NCBI RefSeq assembly: GCF_024521635.1
Contig: NW_026250422.1
Coordinates: 310,001-374,000 of the forward strand
Source of the DNA: Tricharina praecox
Taxonomy: Eukaryota
Direction: 5' to 3'
Length of the DNA stretch: 64,000 nt
In this document: positions 15,650 to 30,043 of the stretch, piece by piece
Layout: each line of letters starts with the position of its first letter
How positions within the stretch are numbered: the first letter of the stretch is position 1
Made by a program: the position numbers and the translations under genes
The notes under the pieces: model-generated
Told to the model about the DNA's origin: nothing
Seen by the model: only the letters and a program-made list of their open reading frames with translations
Databases searched by the model: none

Positions 15650-16960
15650 GCTCGCAAGGATGATCTGGGAGCTTTGCGGCATCACGAAGCTACCTACAGT
15701 ACCTATTGCATGTCCTGCAGGATCCCTCTCCGTTCCGTGGCAGTCGCGTACCTACCTAATGTACCTACCGTACCGTACACAACGTGGCCGTCGTCGAGTA
15801 GTTACGACTTCCCGGAGCCTGGCAGCCACGGGAGCCGCCGGCTTGAGATCCTCCTCCGCCAGATCCCGCTCGTCCTCGTGCGATACATACCATGGGACTG
15901 GAGCAGCATCCTTCGCCCACGCGTGGTTCCTGACGGCATCGTTGCTGGGGGTACCCTCTCTATGATCACCAACGCGAGTGGAGACGGCCGGGAATGGCCG
16001 TGTCGAGCTCAATGACCGCATCGACCGGAATGACTACGACAACGGCTTGATCCACCTAGCAAGCAGCAGCAGAAACGAGTATGCTCCATCTCACCTCCGC
16101 CGTGTATTTAGGCCGACTGCTGGGTTTCTGATGCGCGATCGCAGTGCTGACACCACAAAATTTCCCGTGCATGAATCGTCACCAGACGCGCAAGTTCCGG
16201 AGAGAAGACCCTAAAGCACGCGTACGATAGCCGGTCATCCGATCGAGTCCACTTCCTGTTCCGAACCCACTGTTGACATCCTTGGTGATCGCAGGAACAT
16301 ATCGTTCGAGTCACGCTACGACCCGGAGGCGGTGTCGATCCGCTTGCTATTCAAACTCGACGGAGACCGGTGTAAACCCCAAATCTGGTACATAGCCCAG
16401 GAGTGGCTTTATATATCCATGCAGAATGTGGTCGAAAGATATGGCGCAGTTCAATACATCCCGCGGGCGGACACCGATGGAGACACGCCACTCTATAGTA
16501 CTGGCAGATCCTGGAGAACCTATGCCGGCAGAGATTTGGCCAAATACTTTTCGCCGATATCGTGCACCGTCGGTTCCCGGACGATTATCTTGTAGGGTGG
16601 ATGGGAATGACGTGCATGACGCCGAGAGAGGAGCCGTGGTTCATCAATGACAATGATATGCCATCATGGGATTCCGGTTCGCCAGAGCATCGCAAGAGAT
16701 CGGAAGACACGGTCAGTCATATCAAGCAATTCCTCGAGCTTTCCAAGAGTGAGGACATGGACGAGCAGTTCCTCCAGAGAATCCATCCCCAAAGCCTACT
16801 ACCACATTCTCGTTCACGCGATTGGTATCATCTCACAGTTCACCAAAACCGAAAGATTTTGAACCCTTCAAGTTGCATTTTATCTGTTCGGCGAATCTAT
16901 CACGGCGTGCTGCCGGGTTGGTTTGGCATTCTCATCTGCAGAAACAATTCCTCGGATTAA
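15650..16960 (+). pseudogene. Possible degenerate coding sequence or gene relic, product unknown
   Basis: Consecutive + strand ORFs in shifting frames (15674-16015, 15978-16214, 16332-16595, 16562-16960) with complex, protein-like composition, unlike the low-complexity DNA that follows. No motif recognised. Confidence 0.25.
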
Positions 16961-19900
16961 CCAACGGGAAGCCGCGCTGCATTCCAGAACAGATCAAAGT
17001 TCAGGCCGATGTCTGGCCATCACAACCGGCTGATGTTGGGGGAGCAGGAAAGGGCCGATGATCCGCTCGATAACAAAGACGACGATGAAGACGATATTAA
17101 GGCGCTCCTGAATTTACCCTGTTTACGAATGAACCGCTGAATGTCGACTCGGACAAACACAGCCTTGCTCGCAGGATCATTTTCGTGGTGGAAGCTTGTG
17201 ACTTTTCCACATGGAGTCCGTCTAGGGCTGGAGAGACACGATCATACCACGTTTATATGTACATGGGATCCCTCGATCGTCCTTCCCCATCATTAATACA
17301 CCGAAGCCAGACAACTGCAAGGCAATCCCCTGGCGTGGGTAGGTGAAGGAATCGATTCGAGACGATGACACTGTACGGGCCATCGAAACGCACGCAGAAC
17401 CGCGCGGCAAGCATAAAGTGGACAGTTCCTTCAATGGCCGTTACCACTGTGGGACTATAACGTGCAGTCTGCTCCCGTCAGGCGAACCCGGCAGTGGAAT
17501 AGAAGTTCGAATCTCCAAGAGGTCAATCGGGCTTTTGATTTCTTGTTGGAGTTTTGCAGTGCGAGGGTGATCAACTATGAACGGTCGTTTGTGCAACGAG
17601 GAGGAAGGGAGGCCGGTGCAAACAGCGTGTGGAAACTACACAGACACATCATCCATTCCGACAAAGAGAGCCCACTTCCGAACCGATCCACAGCAAACCA
17701 AACAATCGTATGGCCGCGCGCACGTCTGCACCTCCATGGCGTCAGATACTCGCTTTCTCCGGTGTTGCGCGCGCTTCCATCACTCCCCGCCCATCGGCGT
17801 CGGGCGTGCTGGGGGGGCTGTCGACCGTCACTGTACTATATACCGGTAGTACCTGGCTCTCGGATGCACGGACGAAAGCGTAGTGCATCCGTGAGCGGCA
17901 TCGGCGCCGTGCATGTAATACATGGGCCGCGACACGGCTCGCAGTAAAGTGTTGGAGATGGATAGGTAGGTCCCTCGTCGCCCGCAGTTTGTGGCCCCCT
18001 CCCCCTCCCCCCACCCCCCCACGGAGAGTGATTAAACGTGTGCATTCGTGGCTCGTGGTATTGTTGGCTCGAGCTTTCGGCACTTTTCGTATCTCAATTT
18101 GAGCGGTATTGAGAGTATTGAGGTTGTTGCGCTTGCGCTTGATAACGTAGAGTGTGTAGGGTATCTACTGCACACCCAGTCAGCGACGGGGCTGACTACT
18201 ACTCTATACTCTACCAGGTAGTATCGCAGAGCTTGCCGACGCGGTTCGGACGCGGGCAGGAACACCTACATACGGTGCTTAGTGCGGACTGAGACTTCCG
18301 GTGTTGGGAATACCTAAGTGTTCTCGAGTGGGGGTGGCTCAAAGCGCTTCCCTACGGGCACCCCCACCCCCCTCTACCTGCCGCATTCTATTGGCCGTCA
18401 ACCGCGCAACGCATATCTAAGTAACTACGAATTCCTTCACCACTGGCGTGCCAGCTGGCACCGATCACTGATCATCATTCGCACCTGCTGCACGATTGGC
18501 CACGAGTCCGACGCAAAGGGAGGGAGTGGGCCGGTGTGCAGCCAGCGGCCCGCCTAGCGCGAGGAAGCAGCACATACATCATACATACATGTCGGTACAT
18601 AGCGGGTAGTGGTTACGGGGTAGACACTGGACGCACGAACAGCAGGGACACCAGGGACAGACTCCTCGGTTATCCAGCCAGCCAGCCAGCCAGCCAGCCC
18701 GGTCGGTTGCAGAGCGCACGCGGGAGGTGCGAGGTTCCGAGGATGCGACCCACACCATGCCACACATTCTGATGGGATTGTGGGTCTACCTACGCTGTGT
18801 ATGATCATATGTATGATATGTACGTGGAATGCCCCAAGCGTGGCTGATATCAACCCTCCTCCTCCTCCTGGGAGCCTGCGGGGGGCCAGCGGCTTCAGTG
18901 CCATTCCGAGGCTCTCGGTCCTCGACGGCCTGGACCTGGACCTAGGACCACCCCTCCCTCCCTCCGCGATCTCCAAGAACTAACGCATCGTGACGTGCGA
19001 GCGGGTTGGTTCTGCCGATAGGTATGTATGATGGCATATGTCGTGGCGGGTGAGACTATGCCGCCGCCGCCGTTGTGGGGGCGGGAGGGTCAGAGGTTGA
19101 CGCCGGGATGGGAGCCGGTGGATGACAGCAGCACTGTGGACGCACTGGGTTCTTCGAGGCGGGGCCATCTCGTAGGTACTCTACCCATCTACATTGGAAT
19201 TCAAGATTTGCTTGTTTCTTATTGGGGGAAGGGGTTCCAAGTCTACGGATAGATACTAGAATGTATGTAGCTGTGTACTTACTTCTTTTTGTTTACCTTT
19301 TATTCGTACCTGCTTATGATGAGAATCCACGGTTACTACAAGCCAAAGACGTGCCTGCACACCCCCATCCCGGCCAGCCGATTCCTCAGGAGCCGGTGGA
19401 GATGTTGATACCTGCGCATACACGATACATCTCGAGCGGTTCAAGCAAGTCGACGACGCTTCATCGGCGCTCACTCGGCTCCAGCACACCGACAAGGATG
19501 CTACCAGCTGCCAGCTCGCACAGTGGAGTCGGCACGCACGAACCTACCTTGTATGTATGTAGGAGCGTTGATTCTTGAGTGGGGGTTGCAGTACAGTACG
19601 CATTGAAGCTCTCGGCACCTACATTGTTAAGCGCCGTAGACGTGGCGGCGGCGGCGGGGCACGTGATAGGCGCTGACCGCAGCGGTTTCCACTGCGACTC
19701 TACGACGGGTCCTCGTCGGATGGAACTACTCCAACCCGAAACAAGATCCGACATGCCACACGTACGTAGAGTATCTGCCCTCCCTCCCTCCTCTCTATCC
19801 ACCCACCCGCCAGCTCGCCAGCCGGCCGGCCATCATCCGATCCTCGCAGAAATACTCACGTAACTTGGAGTGGGAGAGTGTAACACTGTAGATACGTACT

Positions 19901-22317
19901 CTACCAGAGAAGATTCCAGTACGTACAAGTACTGCCCGGCCACGCCCACGCACGATGCTGCCCCCGCGCGGCACATACACCCACGCACCCACGCCACCGA
20001 CGACGCGAAGTTCGAACGATGTCCCGTCCTCTCCTACATATCCCCACCCGCCGGATCGCGGCCTCGATCCGTGCTCGTATGTATGCTTAACAAACACCGT
20101 CTTCCCCCCGCCCCCGCGCCCGCCCCTCTCGCTCACACGCTCGCTCGGCTCGCGGGCGAGGGAACACCACGGGGGTATTATACCCCAATTCAGGAACCCG
20201 GATGGTGGCTGTCCGATAGGGCGAGCGATCCATGGACCGTGGCCAGTCCCTGCAGTGTACCGGTATACTCTATATATCGTGTGTATGCACTGCACAGTGA
20301 TGTTGACGGTCGGTATAGGTGGTAGTGTATAGGCTAGAAAGAATTCTCCTCTTTCTCGAAAGATGCAGGATATCTTCCGGCAGCGGTAGTGGATAGGTAG
20401 GGTAGGTCACACTCCCGTTCCCATTGCCCCCACCTACGCCATAGAATACCCACCTACCTATCGCCACGATAGCCCAGCTGGACGCTCTACGGGCCAAACA
20501 TAGATTACTCACAGCGCGGGGTAGCTGGTGGGATTGCGCTCGGGATTGGACGGTGCGAGGAGTTAGGCTGGCTACATATCTGCCGTTGTTACGTGCCATC
20601 TCCGTACGGTACGTGTAGAGTATGCTCCTGTCGTGTAAACGGCAGATCGGATCTTCAAAGCGGACGAGACCGTCCATGACATAATGCGCGGAGCGGAGTA
20701 TGTAGGTACTCTAGAATCCAGAGTCTAGAAGGAGTGAGGATGAGGTGATCAAGGCCAACACAACACATGGCTTGCGAGTTGCGAGTCGCGACCATCATAC
20801 TCTACATATCATCACCCCGCAACGAGAACCGTCGAGAACCGTCGGCCCCCCTCGAATTAAGCATATTCCTCAGTCAGCAGCAGCAGCAGTACTCTAGCCC
20901 CGCTCCTCCCCCCACAGTACCTAGTGCACCAATCCCGGCGAAGCTGAAAAAGAAAAGAAAAGAAAAACAGAAGGAAAAAATCTAGACGTCGAACGGCGAA
21001 CGGCGAACGGCGGTCCCGCGGGTTTCCGTGATGAATCCTGCTGCTGCTGCTCCTGCTGCTCCTCACTTGCGATGAGCAAACAACGATAACACCACACCCA
21101 CGCCCTCGCTCACGCACACGCATAATCGCTCCCATAGGTTGACGGGAGAGGGAGGGGAGGGGATAGAGGGGGAAGGGGATAGAGGGGGAAGGGGATCCCC
21201 ACGCACGGGGGGGGATTCTTGCTCGCTGACGGGGGACTGAATCATCGGCGGCCCGGTATCCGAGGTTTCCACGCTAGGACAAACGCGCCAGCCGCTCGAC
21301 GCTTACCGCTCACCACCTCGACCGGACGGGTGGATTCCTGCAACTACCGATTCCGATTCCGATTCCGTGCCCGTGCGCATTCGTCGATCGGTGTATGTGG
21401 CCACTGGCCAGCACAACTTGAGCCTGCTGCGCTTGCACTGACTGTTCTCGAACGTCGGGATGGGAGGAATGGGAGTGGGAATGGGCACGTTCGAGCTCGT
21501 GGCGGAAACCCTCCGTGCCCGAAATAGAGGTTATACGCGCACTCGGAATGTGAGGGGTAGGAATGGGTGGAATTAGCGGAATGGTCGGAATGGTCAGAAT
21601 GGTCGAGGAGTCGAAAGGAGGCGGTGGGTAGGTAAGTACTTAGGCGGGTACTTCGGCTTACATAGGTACATGCTCGAAGGTACATATTCGTTTGGGCGTC
21701 ACAGCCGCCGCCACCGGCGGGCTCTAGTTGCTCTAGCATTGGCGGGGTAAGAATAAGGTTGGTGCTTGTCCACCGCACTATTCTAACGTCACCCGCTTCT
21801 TGCACGGACCAGGCGATCACCAACTACTACTATCCTACTAGTTAGTTAGCTGGCTGCCTAATCACCCATCTGATCTGGTTGAGAAGCGGAACTAGGTAGG
21901 TTTACTAGTTTCTAGCTGAGTGCAGCCGAGTGATGCATTGTGCTCAGCCGTGGAAGTTGTGTATACCGGTACATACCGTACACACTGGTACACACCGGTA
22001 CATATCGAGCGATTCGATCCCTCCCATGTCCATGCCATGTCCATGTAGATACATGTACTCTACTCTAAATGTGCATGTATCCCCCACGCACCAGATAGTT
22101 ACCTACATACATAATTTGCTGTTGTGGTAATTTCCGGAATCCTCAAGCCTGTACATAAAAAGGAAATAAAACGAAAAAACGAAAAAGCAAACCTCTCGGC
22201 CCCCCCGCGTAAGTACTCAGAGCACTCTACGGTACAGTACGCGCGGCGGGATATATCAGCATTTGCTTATCGATCCCCCCCTTCTTGCTCCACTCTCACG
22301 TTCCTGATTGGAGGCGA

Positions 22318-22391
22318 TCTCTTCCCCCTCCCCCTTCTTCTCTTCCCCCTCCCCCTTCTTCTCTTCCCCCTCCCCCTTCTTCTCTTCCCCC
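22318..22391. repeat. 21-bp polypyrimidine minisatellite TCTCTTCCCCCTCCCCCTTCT, about 3.5 copies
   Basis: Units start at 22318, 22339 and 22360, with a partial unit at 22381. Confidence 0.9.
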
Positions 22392-24118
22392 CTTCCCCTT
22401 GGTATCTTGTACGGATGTATACATGCGTACATAGAGTATGTACGTTGCCACCGGGTCGGGGAGGGGGAGAAGTGGGAGAAGGGGGGAGAAGAGGAGGGAG
22501 GGGGGGTATGTGGTTATAGGGAAATTGGAGGGTGCAGGTTTAGGCGAATAACCGTGTAACATTGGTACATTCTACAGCATGTGCGTGTATGTATGGGATG
22601 GATGGATGGGACGGATGAGTTGTTAGTTCATAGGTACCTATCGTCTCAACGTATGTACCTACTACCCAGTATCTAGAGTAGATACATGGATGGTGGGGAA
22701 GCAGGAGATCGCGAGTGTGATTGTTGGAACTGAACTTGCAAGTGGGCGGAGTTCAGCGATAGTTACTATACATACCGTAGATTCAGGGTTCCGTTTCGCG
22801 ATCGTTCGCTTGGTTCCCTTGTAAGTTGTAATTGGTGCGAGTTTTCCCCGGGGATGTCTGCGGTGTGGGGAGGTGCATCCAGTGTGTGCTCCTCTCTGGC
22901 TATTCGCGGAGCACATCGCTCACGAGTCTTGATTCCTGAACGGTGTCCAACGTCCACTGTCCAGGCCAGTCCGGTTCAGTACTTTCTGTGCCGTTCGGTG
23001 CTGAGTCGAGCTTCGAAAGGTGGCCGTCGCTTTACTCGATTCTATTCCACCGTACTACCTATACACAGGTATGATATGATGGCATATCAAAGGCACGACA
23101 AGATCAAGATCAAGCTTCAGTCCAACTATGCTCGAAGGAGGGAGCCGTGTACTCTACCCCCATACCATCATGATACCATACCATACCAACCATACCGACC
23201 ATACCATAGGTACTATTCTGCACCAGATCAGCAGTACCAACTCTACCGTAGAGTACTCTACCTACCGTGCCCCCATGAAAGCAAGAAACCTGGTCTCGAA
23301 TTGGGCTGTTTTCGTCCCACCTTTCCCCCCGTCCGTCTGGCTGGCTGTCGTCGGCAATCTCCGGCCACAAACAGGAGTGAGGGCGCAACGGAAGGGTTGC
23401 GGTGGCCGGCCGACAGCTCGTAATCGCTTACTCCAACCGACCCCAGGGCCGAGACGTATCCAGGATTTCGCGATCCCAAGAGACAGAGCACCGGCGCGAT
23501 GCGTCGGACGAGACGAGACGATAGGTATACCACTACCATAGAGTACCTATCGTAGCGTATCCCGACTGACGAACCCTCCCTCTACATACCTAGAGTACAT
23601 GAACGGATACTAGATACCGCCCCCCCTCCCTCACTCCGCCCCCAGAGTCCAGGAATTCTCCGTCGCAGCCTCTCGCTCGCTCGCTTCGCTTATGCACCGA
23701 GTGATTATCCATGCCCCTGTCCTCATCACATATCACAACATAGAGGAGAGTATATATCACATCACGTAACAACGACACGACAAGACACGGCCAGGCCGAA
23801 ACGATTACATTCCTGGAAAGAATGGAAATGCAAATGCATGCGTAAGGGGGCGGTGTGGGGTGCGGTGCGGTGGGGTCACTGGGTGGAGGGGAGGGGGGAG
23901 GGTACTCTACATGGGGGGTGGGGGCGGGGCGAGAGAGAGAGAGAGAGAGAGGGGGGGAAACAACTGTTGGGTAGGTTGGGTGGATTGGAGCACTGAGGCT
24001 GCATGCGAGCGCGACTCTACTCTACGGTACCCAATACGATCATTCACGTCCGCCCGATCGAGTCAAGCACCTGTCCTGTCTGGGTACTCTATCCATTATC
24101 TAGAGGCCAAAAAGAAAC

Positions 24119-24221
24119 TCAATCCGTCAATCCGTCAATCCGTCAATCCGTCAATCCGTCAATCCGTCAATCCGTCAATCCGTCAATCCGTCAATCCGTC
24201 AATCCGTCAATCCGTCAATCC
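24119..24221. repeat. 8-bp tandem repeat (TCAATCCG), about 13 copies
   Basis: Perfect array read directly from the sequence. Confidence 0.97.
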
Positions 24222-25214
24222 CGTCGAGCCCTTCCATACTCGGTGTCCATGCTCGGTGTCCATGCTCCATGCTCGATCGAGGGGAAAGCGGTGTGGAAAC
24301 GGAAAGCGGTGAGGAAACGGGGGAGGCGGAGGACTCAAGGGAGGACGGACAGGCTGATCCTCAACTGCCGGCTCCACTCTAGAGTCCACTCCACTGAGCA
24401 CTCCACTCCACTCCACTCCACTCCAATCGAATCGACTCTCTCCTCCGCCGCCGAGACACCGAGTGTCCGAGACATCAATACACCGAGACGCACGATCTAC
24501 GGCTGCGGCTATGGCTAGAGTACGGCCACGGCTACGGCCACAGCTGATGAGTAAGGGAGTCAAGGGAGTCAAGTCAGCCCGCAACGACGACGAAGCTGCT
24601 GGACAGCGGGCCCTTCTCACTCTATGAAGCTCGATAGATACATACCGTCATGCGGATTTTTTTATTTCCCTGCTTCTGCTGCTGCCGGTCCTCACGCGGA
24701 GCATCGTAACATAGAGTGCCTACATAGGTATTCTACAGCAAAAGCAAAAGTCTAGACCTCATGATCATGCGGACAACCAATCCGCCAACCAACCAGCCAG
24801 ACGGCCAGACAACCAGCCACCCAGGCAGGCAGGCAACTCATCCGAAGAAGAAGAAGCAGAGGAAGAGGAATAAGAAGAAGAAACCCGCAAAATCCGCAAA
24901 TGACGATCGTGTTGGATGCGGGGATCGAGCACTCGAGCACTTGCAGCGTCGGCCGGCCACGATATGTATGCCACATGTGGTCGGCTGGACGGACGTCCGT
25001 GCGCGTCGCCTATGTAGAGGGAGGGACAAGGCTGGCTGGCTGGCTGGCCACGTTGAGGGGCTCGTGTCTGTGGTGCATACTAGGTGGAGTACTATCGGGT
25101 ACATACATAGGCGCCGGAGGAGATGGGTTGAGGACTCAGGTTATGATAGGGTCTAGAGCTGGGGAATTGTTGTTGTGTTATATGTAGGTAGTTGTATGTA
25201 GTTGTTGGTGTTGG

Positions 25215-25307
25215 TGTTATTGTTATTGTTATTGTTATTGTTATTGTTATTGTTATTGTTATTGTTATTGTTATTGTTATTGTTATTGTTATTGTTATTG
25301 TTATTGT
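25215..25307. repeat. (TGTTAT)n hexanucleotide microsatellite, about 15 copies, degenerate flank to about 25430
   Basis: Read directly from the sequence. Confidence 0.97.
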
Positions 25308-28300
25308 GTTGTAGCTGTGATTGTAGTATACCGTAGTAATTGTTATTGTGTTGCTATTGTAGTTGTTATTGTGATGTAGTTAGATACCGTAGTGTTATTG
25401 TAGCTATTGTTACTGTTGTGATTGTTGTTATGGACATGTCATGTCGTGTGTCGTGAGTCGTGGTTCGTGAGTCGTGGACAACCACCTATGCGCCATGTAC
25501 TCTACCTACCATACCAGCGCTCCACGAGCTCTACAGATACGCGGAGGCCATGTATCTACATACTCCGCATAGGTACATACCCAAGGATATCCCCCCAAAG
25601 CAGCAATCCGCTACGACCGACACAGTAGCAACAAGCAGTACAAGGACGCAGAAGAAACAGCGGAAGAAAAAGGGTTGCTATGATACATATCATAGTTGGG
25701 ATGGCTGGCAGCTATCCCACGCCTAACCCGAATCCGGTTCGAACGAACGAACGAAACAAAGAAAGAAAGAAAACAAAAGGACAGAGGATTATTGGGATTG
25801 GGGATTGGGGTTTGGCCCTTGCCCAAATCCGTTATGTACCTATCATATGTGTATATAGGTGGAGTAGCCACTCTATGCTAGATGCCTCAAACCAGAAACG
25901 GAAGAAAAGCAGGTCATGTGAGGGGAAAAGGAAAAGTAAAGCAAAGGAAAGGGAAAAGCCGCCTGAGGGGCGCAGCCACAGTGGCCAGGTAGGCAGGCAG
26001 GCAGGCCAGGCCGCCAGTCCAGGTGGGCCAGGTGGTGGTGGTGGTGATGGAGGTGGTGGTGGGCAGGAGATCTCGGAACCGTAGATCTGGGTAGAGATCT
26101 CTCCCCTCTTTCCCCCGTCCCCATTTCCACGACCGACCGACACGACAGAGACGAGGCTAACCTCGTCTTTGTCGACCGGCGACGGAATACCGGTAGATAT
26201 ATACAGAGTCCAAGTCCAGACTCCATGTAAACTTCGAAGTTGGCCCCATGGCTCCATGGGTTCCAACTTCGGTTTTCGTCTCAACTCTTCGACTTCGAAC
26301 TTCAATTCTTCAACCTCCGCCATGGCACTGCTTTGCCAGTCGCAGTCGCGGTTCATCATCATCGTCATCATCATCGACGGAATTGAACGGAATTAAAAAA
26401 TAAAAGAATTTTTTGAAAAAGAGGGACAACAACAACACCGGACGAACCATCTCGACTATCATCCCCCTGCCCCGACTATCCTCCCCCCCCCCGAGCGAGC
26501 GAGCGCTTCCAAGTTCCAACAGCTCCGCCAACGCACACCATGTCGCTGCCTGCTGCTGCTGCTGCTGCTGCTGCTGCGACAGCCCACGGGACGGCCGCTT
26601 CTCTCGCTCTACACACCCACCCTACACACCCACCCACCCACCTCTCTACACCCCACCCACCCACCTACACTCAGAATGCCACTCCTCCCGCAGAGAAAGT
26701 CCTTCCGAGGTGCTGCGAGCCTGCGAGCGAGACTTGGATCACCTAGATCACAAGTGTGCTGGCGAAAATCTAACTGCTGCAAGCAAGCAGGCAGGCCAGT
26801 CACACGAGTGGAGTGGATTCGGGTCGGGTTTGTTCTGACATCCCCCTCGTGCTGGCGGGGGGGGGGAGGGGGGAGGCTGCAGGTTGGGAGTCGCCAAGGT
26901 GGACTCTGGAGCGGAGTGGAGGGGTGGGAACAGAAAGACGGGCAGACAGGCTTTTGCAGCACATGTTCATACACAGAGAAAAAGAGAGAGAGAGAGACGG
27001 AGAGAGAGAGGGCGTCTTGTCGAGGCTTGAGGCTTGAGGCTTGAGGTGCAAGCAAGCACTTTGATGTCCTCCAACCCTAAGCAAGCGAGAGCTTGTTGGT
27101 GGTGATGGAGGTGTTGCTGGTGGTGGTGCTGGCGGTGGTGCTGGTACCTACTCTAGCAGTGGTGCTGGTGCTGGCGCTGGTGCTGGTGCTGGTGCTGGTG
27201 GCGGTCGAGGCGGCGGCGGTGGTGTCGGTGTCGATGGCCCGAGTTCAGGCCTCTTGCGAGCCGACGGGCGGGCTGGAAGTCTGGAAGTTGAAGGGCCAAA
27301 GTGGCCGCAGGCCTCCATCGAAACGGAAGCCACGAACGAACCAACCAACGCAGGACGCTATTCTGATCGACCTTTAGTCCTTCTCCTCAATCGCTGAGAC
27401 AGCACACTCCCAACCTACCAACTAGGCAAGTAACTAACTACTGCGGCCAGAGCGGCCTGCATACATACATAAACCATACTAGTTGGTTATACTACACCGC
27501 ACTATGGCGCCTCTGCCATGTCCGACGGTCGACCCCCGCTTATATGTAGGTGTGTAATTATGCTGGCTGGTGGGCTGGGCTACGCGGGAACGCTCAATTC
27601 GAAGTGCAAATCGAGTCGATTCGCTGGCTGTGGCTGGCTGGAACAACCTGGCAACTCTCCATCGTCATCGTCATCGATATCGAGAGTTTCTTCGAGGAAG
27701 GAAGTAAGGAAGGAAGAAGGATGGATGCATAGGTAGTGTTCTCGCCGAATAAATCACGAGGGGCCGCAGCAGTAGAAGCAGCAGCAGAGGCAGCAGCGTG
27801 CATTGCATCCATCTCTGTGTCCACCGTGGGACTCCCGAATCTTCCGACGGGAAAAGCCACCTGATAGTTTTTTCTCCTCCTTCACGGCTCACCTCGGAAA
27901 TCCCCAGAGTATTTTGGCCGCTCTTTCTTCTTGTTCTTTTCGTGTGCAACACAGAGAGAGTGAGTGAGAGAGAAAAAATAAAGCGCGCCCCCACTCTGCA
28001 CTACTAAATGACTCTGCCATTTCGTACGTGTGTGTATGTGTGTGATGTGTGTACCGGTATCTGTGATGTGTGATGTGTGAGTGAAAATGTGTGCCGTCTT
28101 CTTTATCCGGGACCGACCAGAGCGGGCCCTCTGCCCTCCTCCTCCTCCTCCGTCTCCTCCTCATCCGCCTCCTCCTGCTTATCCTCATCCATCTCGAGAT
28201 CATCTCCCCCTCCTCCTCTTCTTCGCAGTCCTCACTCAACTCCGCAGACTTCCGCTCCCTCTCTCGGCCGCCCGCCCCGATACAATTGCACATTCATTGC

Positions 28301-29891
28301 GTTATCGGAATTCCCAATCGGTAGAGTATGATACCGTATGATATGTATGCGGCAGGACGGGATGCCGGCAGAAATGTCACACACAACCACGCATAATCAG
28401 CCACGCCAAGCCGAGACCAGCCAAGCCCCCATGTAAGTGAGTGAGGAGAGTGAGGAGCATAGCCCGAACGAAAGGTGAATGCATATCATACTTCGTATGT
28501 ACCGTCGATATGTATGTAGGATAAAGTAGAGAAGAGAAGAGAGTGGCTCTCTGCTCTGCTCCATATACCGACACGGCAGGTCGTCGAGCGACAGAGAGAG
28601 GGGGGAGGGAGGAGGGAGGGAGAGGGAGGAGGGAGGGAGAGGGAGGGGGCCGTATGCAACGCATATCCATCCCTATCCCATATGTATCCGCAAGATACAT
28701 ATCATACATACCGTGCTCTGTCCAAGTTTGCAGAGCATAACTTTTCGCAAGCAAGTATGTAAGAAAAAAACGAAAAAAAGCGAGGTTGATCGCCGGGGAG
28801 CACGCCGCAAGTTAGATACGATACGGGCAACGAACGAACGGAAGGAGGGAGGGTGGAAAGGAAGAACGAAGAAGGACTGCCAAAAGCGGAGATGGTTCCC
28901 CCTCTCTCCCCCATCCCTCTTCTGCTCCACCCGTCCCCCCCTCCAACAACACCGTACGTACATACCGGCAGGAATAAAATTTCTCGTTCTTCCTCCTCCT
29001 CTCGAGGAACGGCCGTTGTTTCGATACGTTCTCCGAGGGGGGAGAAGGGAGAAGGAAGAAGGGAGGCGGGAGGATGGGGAGGCATCTGCCGTATGTATGT
29101 ATGTCTGTATGTATCACCAGCAGTTCTCCAATCCGTAATCCGTGTATCACCAGCAGTCCAATCCGAAGGCCTCTCTCTTCGACCAACCCCGTTGCTGCCG
29201 ATTATGGGTTGGTAGAGTTACCCACATTGAGTAAGTACTAGTAGAGTAGGTACTCCAGCATGGCCGGGGGGGTGCCAGGTGCCAGGTGCCTATCCACGCA
29301 ACGCTCGATTGGCGCCAGCGGTCGAGATGCTCGGAAGGAGGAGGTGTGGTCTGGTCAGTTGGTTGGGTGGTGGGTGGTGGTGGTGGGTGGGTGATGGATG
29401 GAAGGGGGCAGCTTGGCGACCCCACCATCCCCTATCGGTGCGCACCGTTCGGGGGAGCTGATACTATTCAGGTACCTGGGAGTCGCTCTAGTCCGGTCTG
29501 GTCCAGGTAAGTCAGCCAAGTTCTCGGCCAAGCCCCCTCAGGGCTCAGGTCCCACAAGCAACAAGCATCAGGCATGGCGCGAGGGAGAGAAATTAAGCGG
29601 AAGATGAAGAGAAAAAAAAAGAAGAAAAAATGGCGCTCATGATCTTCGCTCACCACCGAGAGACCGAGAGACCGACGACCGACAAGCAGGCAAGCAGGTG
29701 GAGGGGAGCGGAGGAACCCAGCAAGTGCCTACATAGCCCCTAGGCCTTCGGATGATTTCCATCGTCGGATGAGTGACGGCAAAGGCCACACAACCACACA
29801 CAACCCAACCACAACCACAGCCAGAAAAAAAACCCTCCGACCGGTTCGGCATGAATTCCGTTCGTTGATCGTTCCGTTCCTCCGCGGGGGG

Positions 29892-29967
29892 AGGGGGGGA
29901 AGTCATGGCCGAATGGTTGGCTGAGGGAGGGGGGGAAGTCATGGCCGAATGGTTGGCTGAGGGAGGG
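29892..29967. repeat. 36-bp tandem duplication (GGGGGAAGTCATGGCCGAATGGTTGGCTGAGGGAGG)
   Basis: AAGTCATGG occurs at 29900 and 29936. Confidence 0.9.
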
Positions 29968-30009
29968 AGGGAGGGAGGGAGGAAGCATCCGATGTCTGAT
30001 AGGTACATT

Positions 30010-30043
30010 TGTCTGATGTCTGATGTCTGATGTCTGATGTCTG
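30010..30043. repeat. (TGTCTGA)n heptamer repeat, about 5 copies
   Basis: Read directly from the sequence. Confidence 0.85.

Noticed and set aside
25215..25430. (TGTTAT)n as interstitial telomeric repeat
   Set aside because: Does not match TTAGGG-type repeats; ordinary microsatellite.
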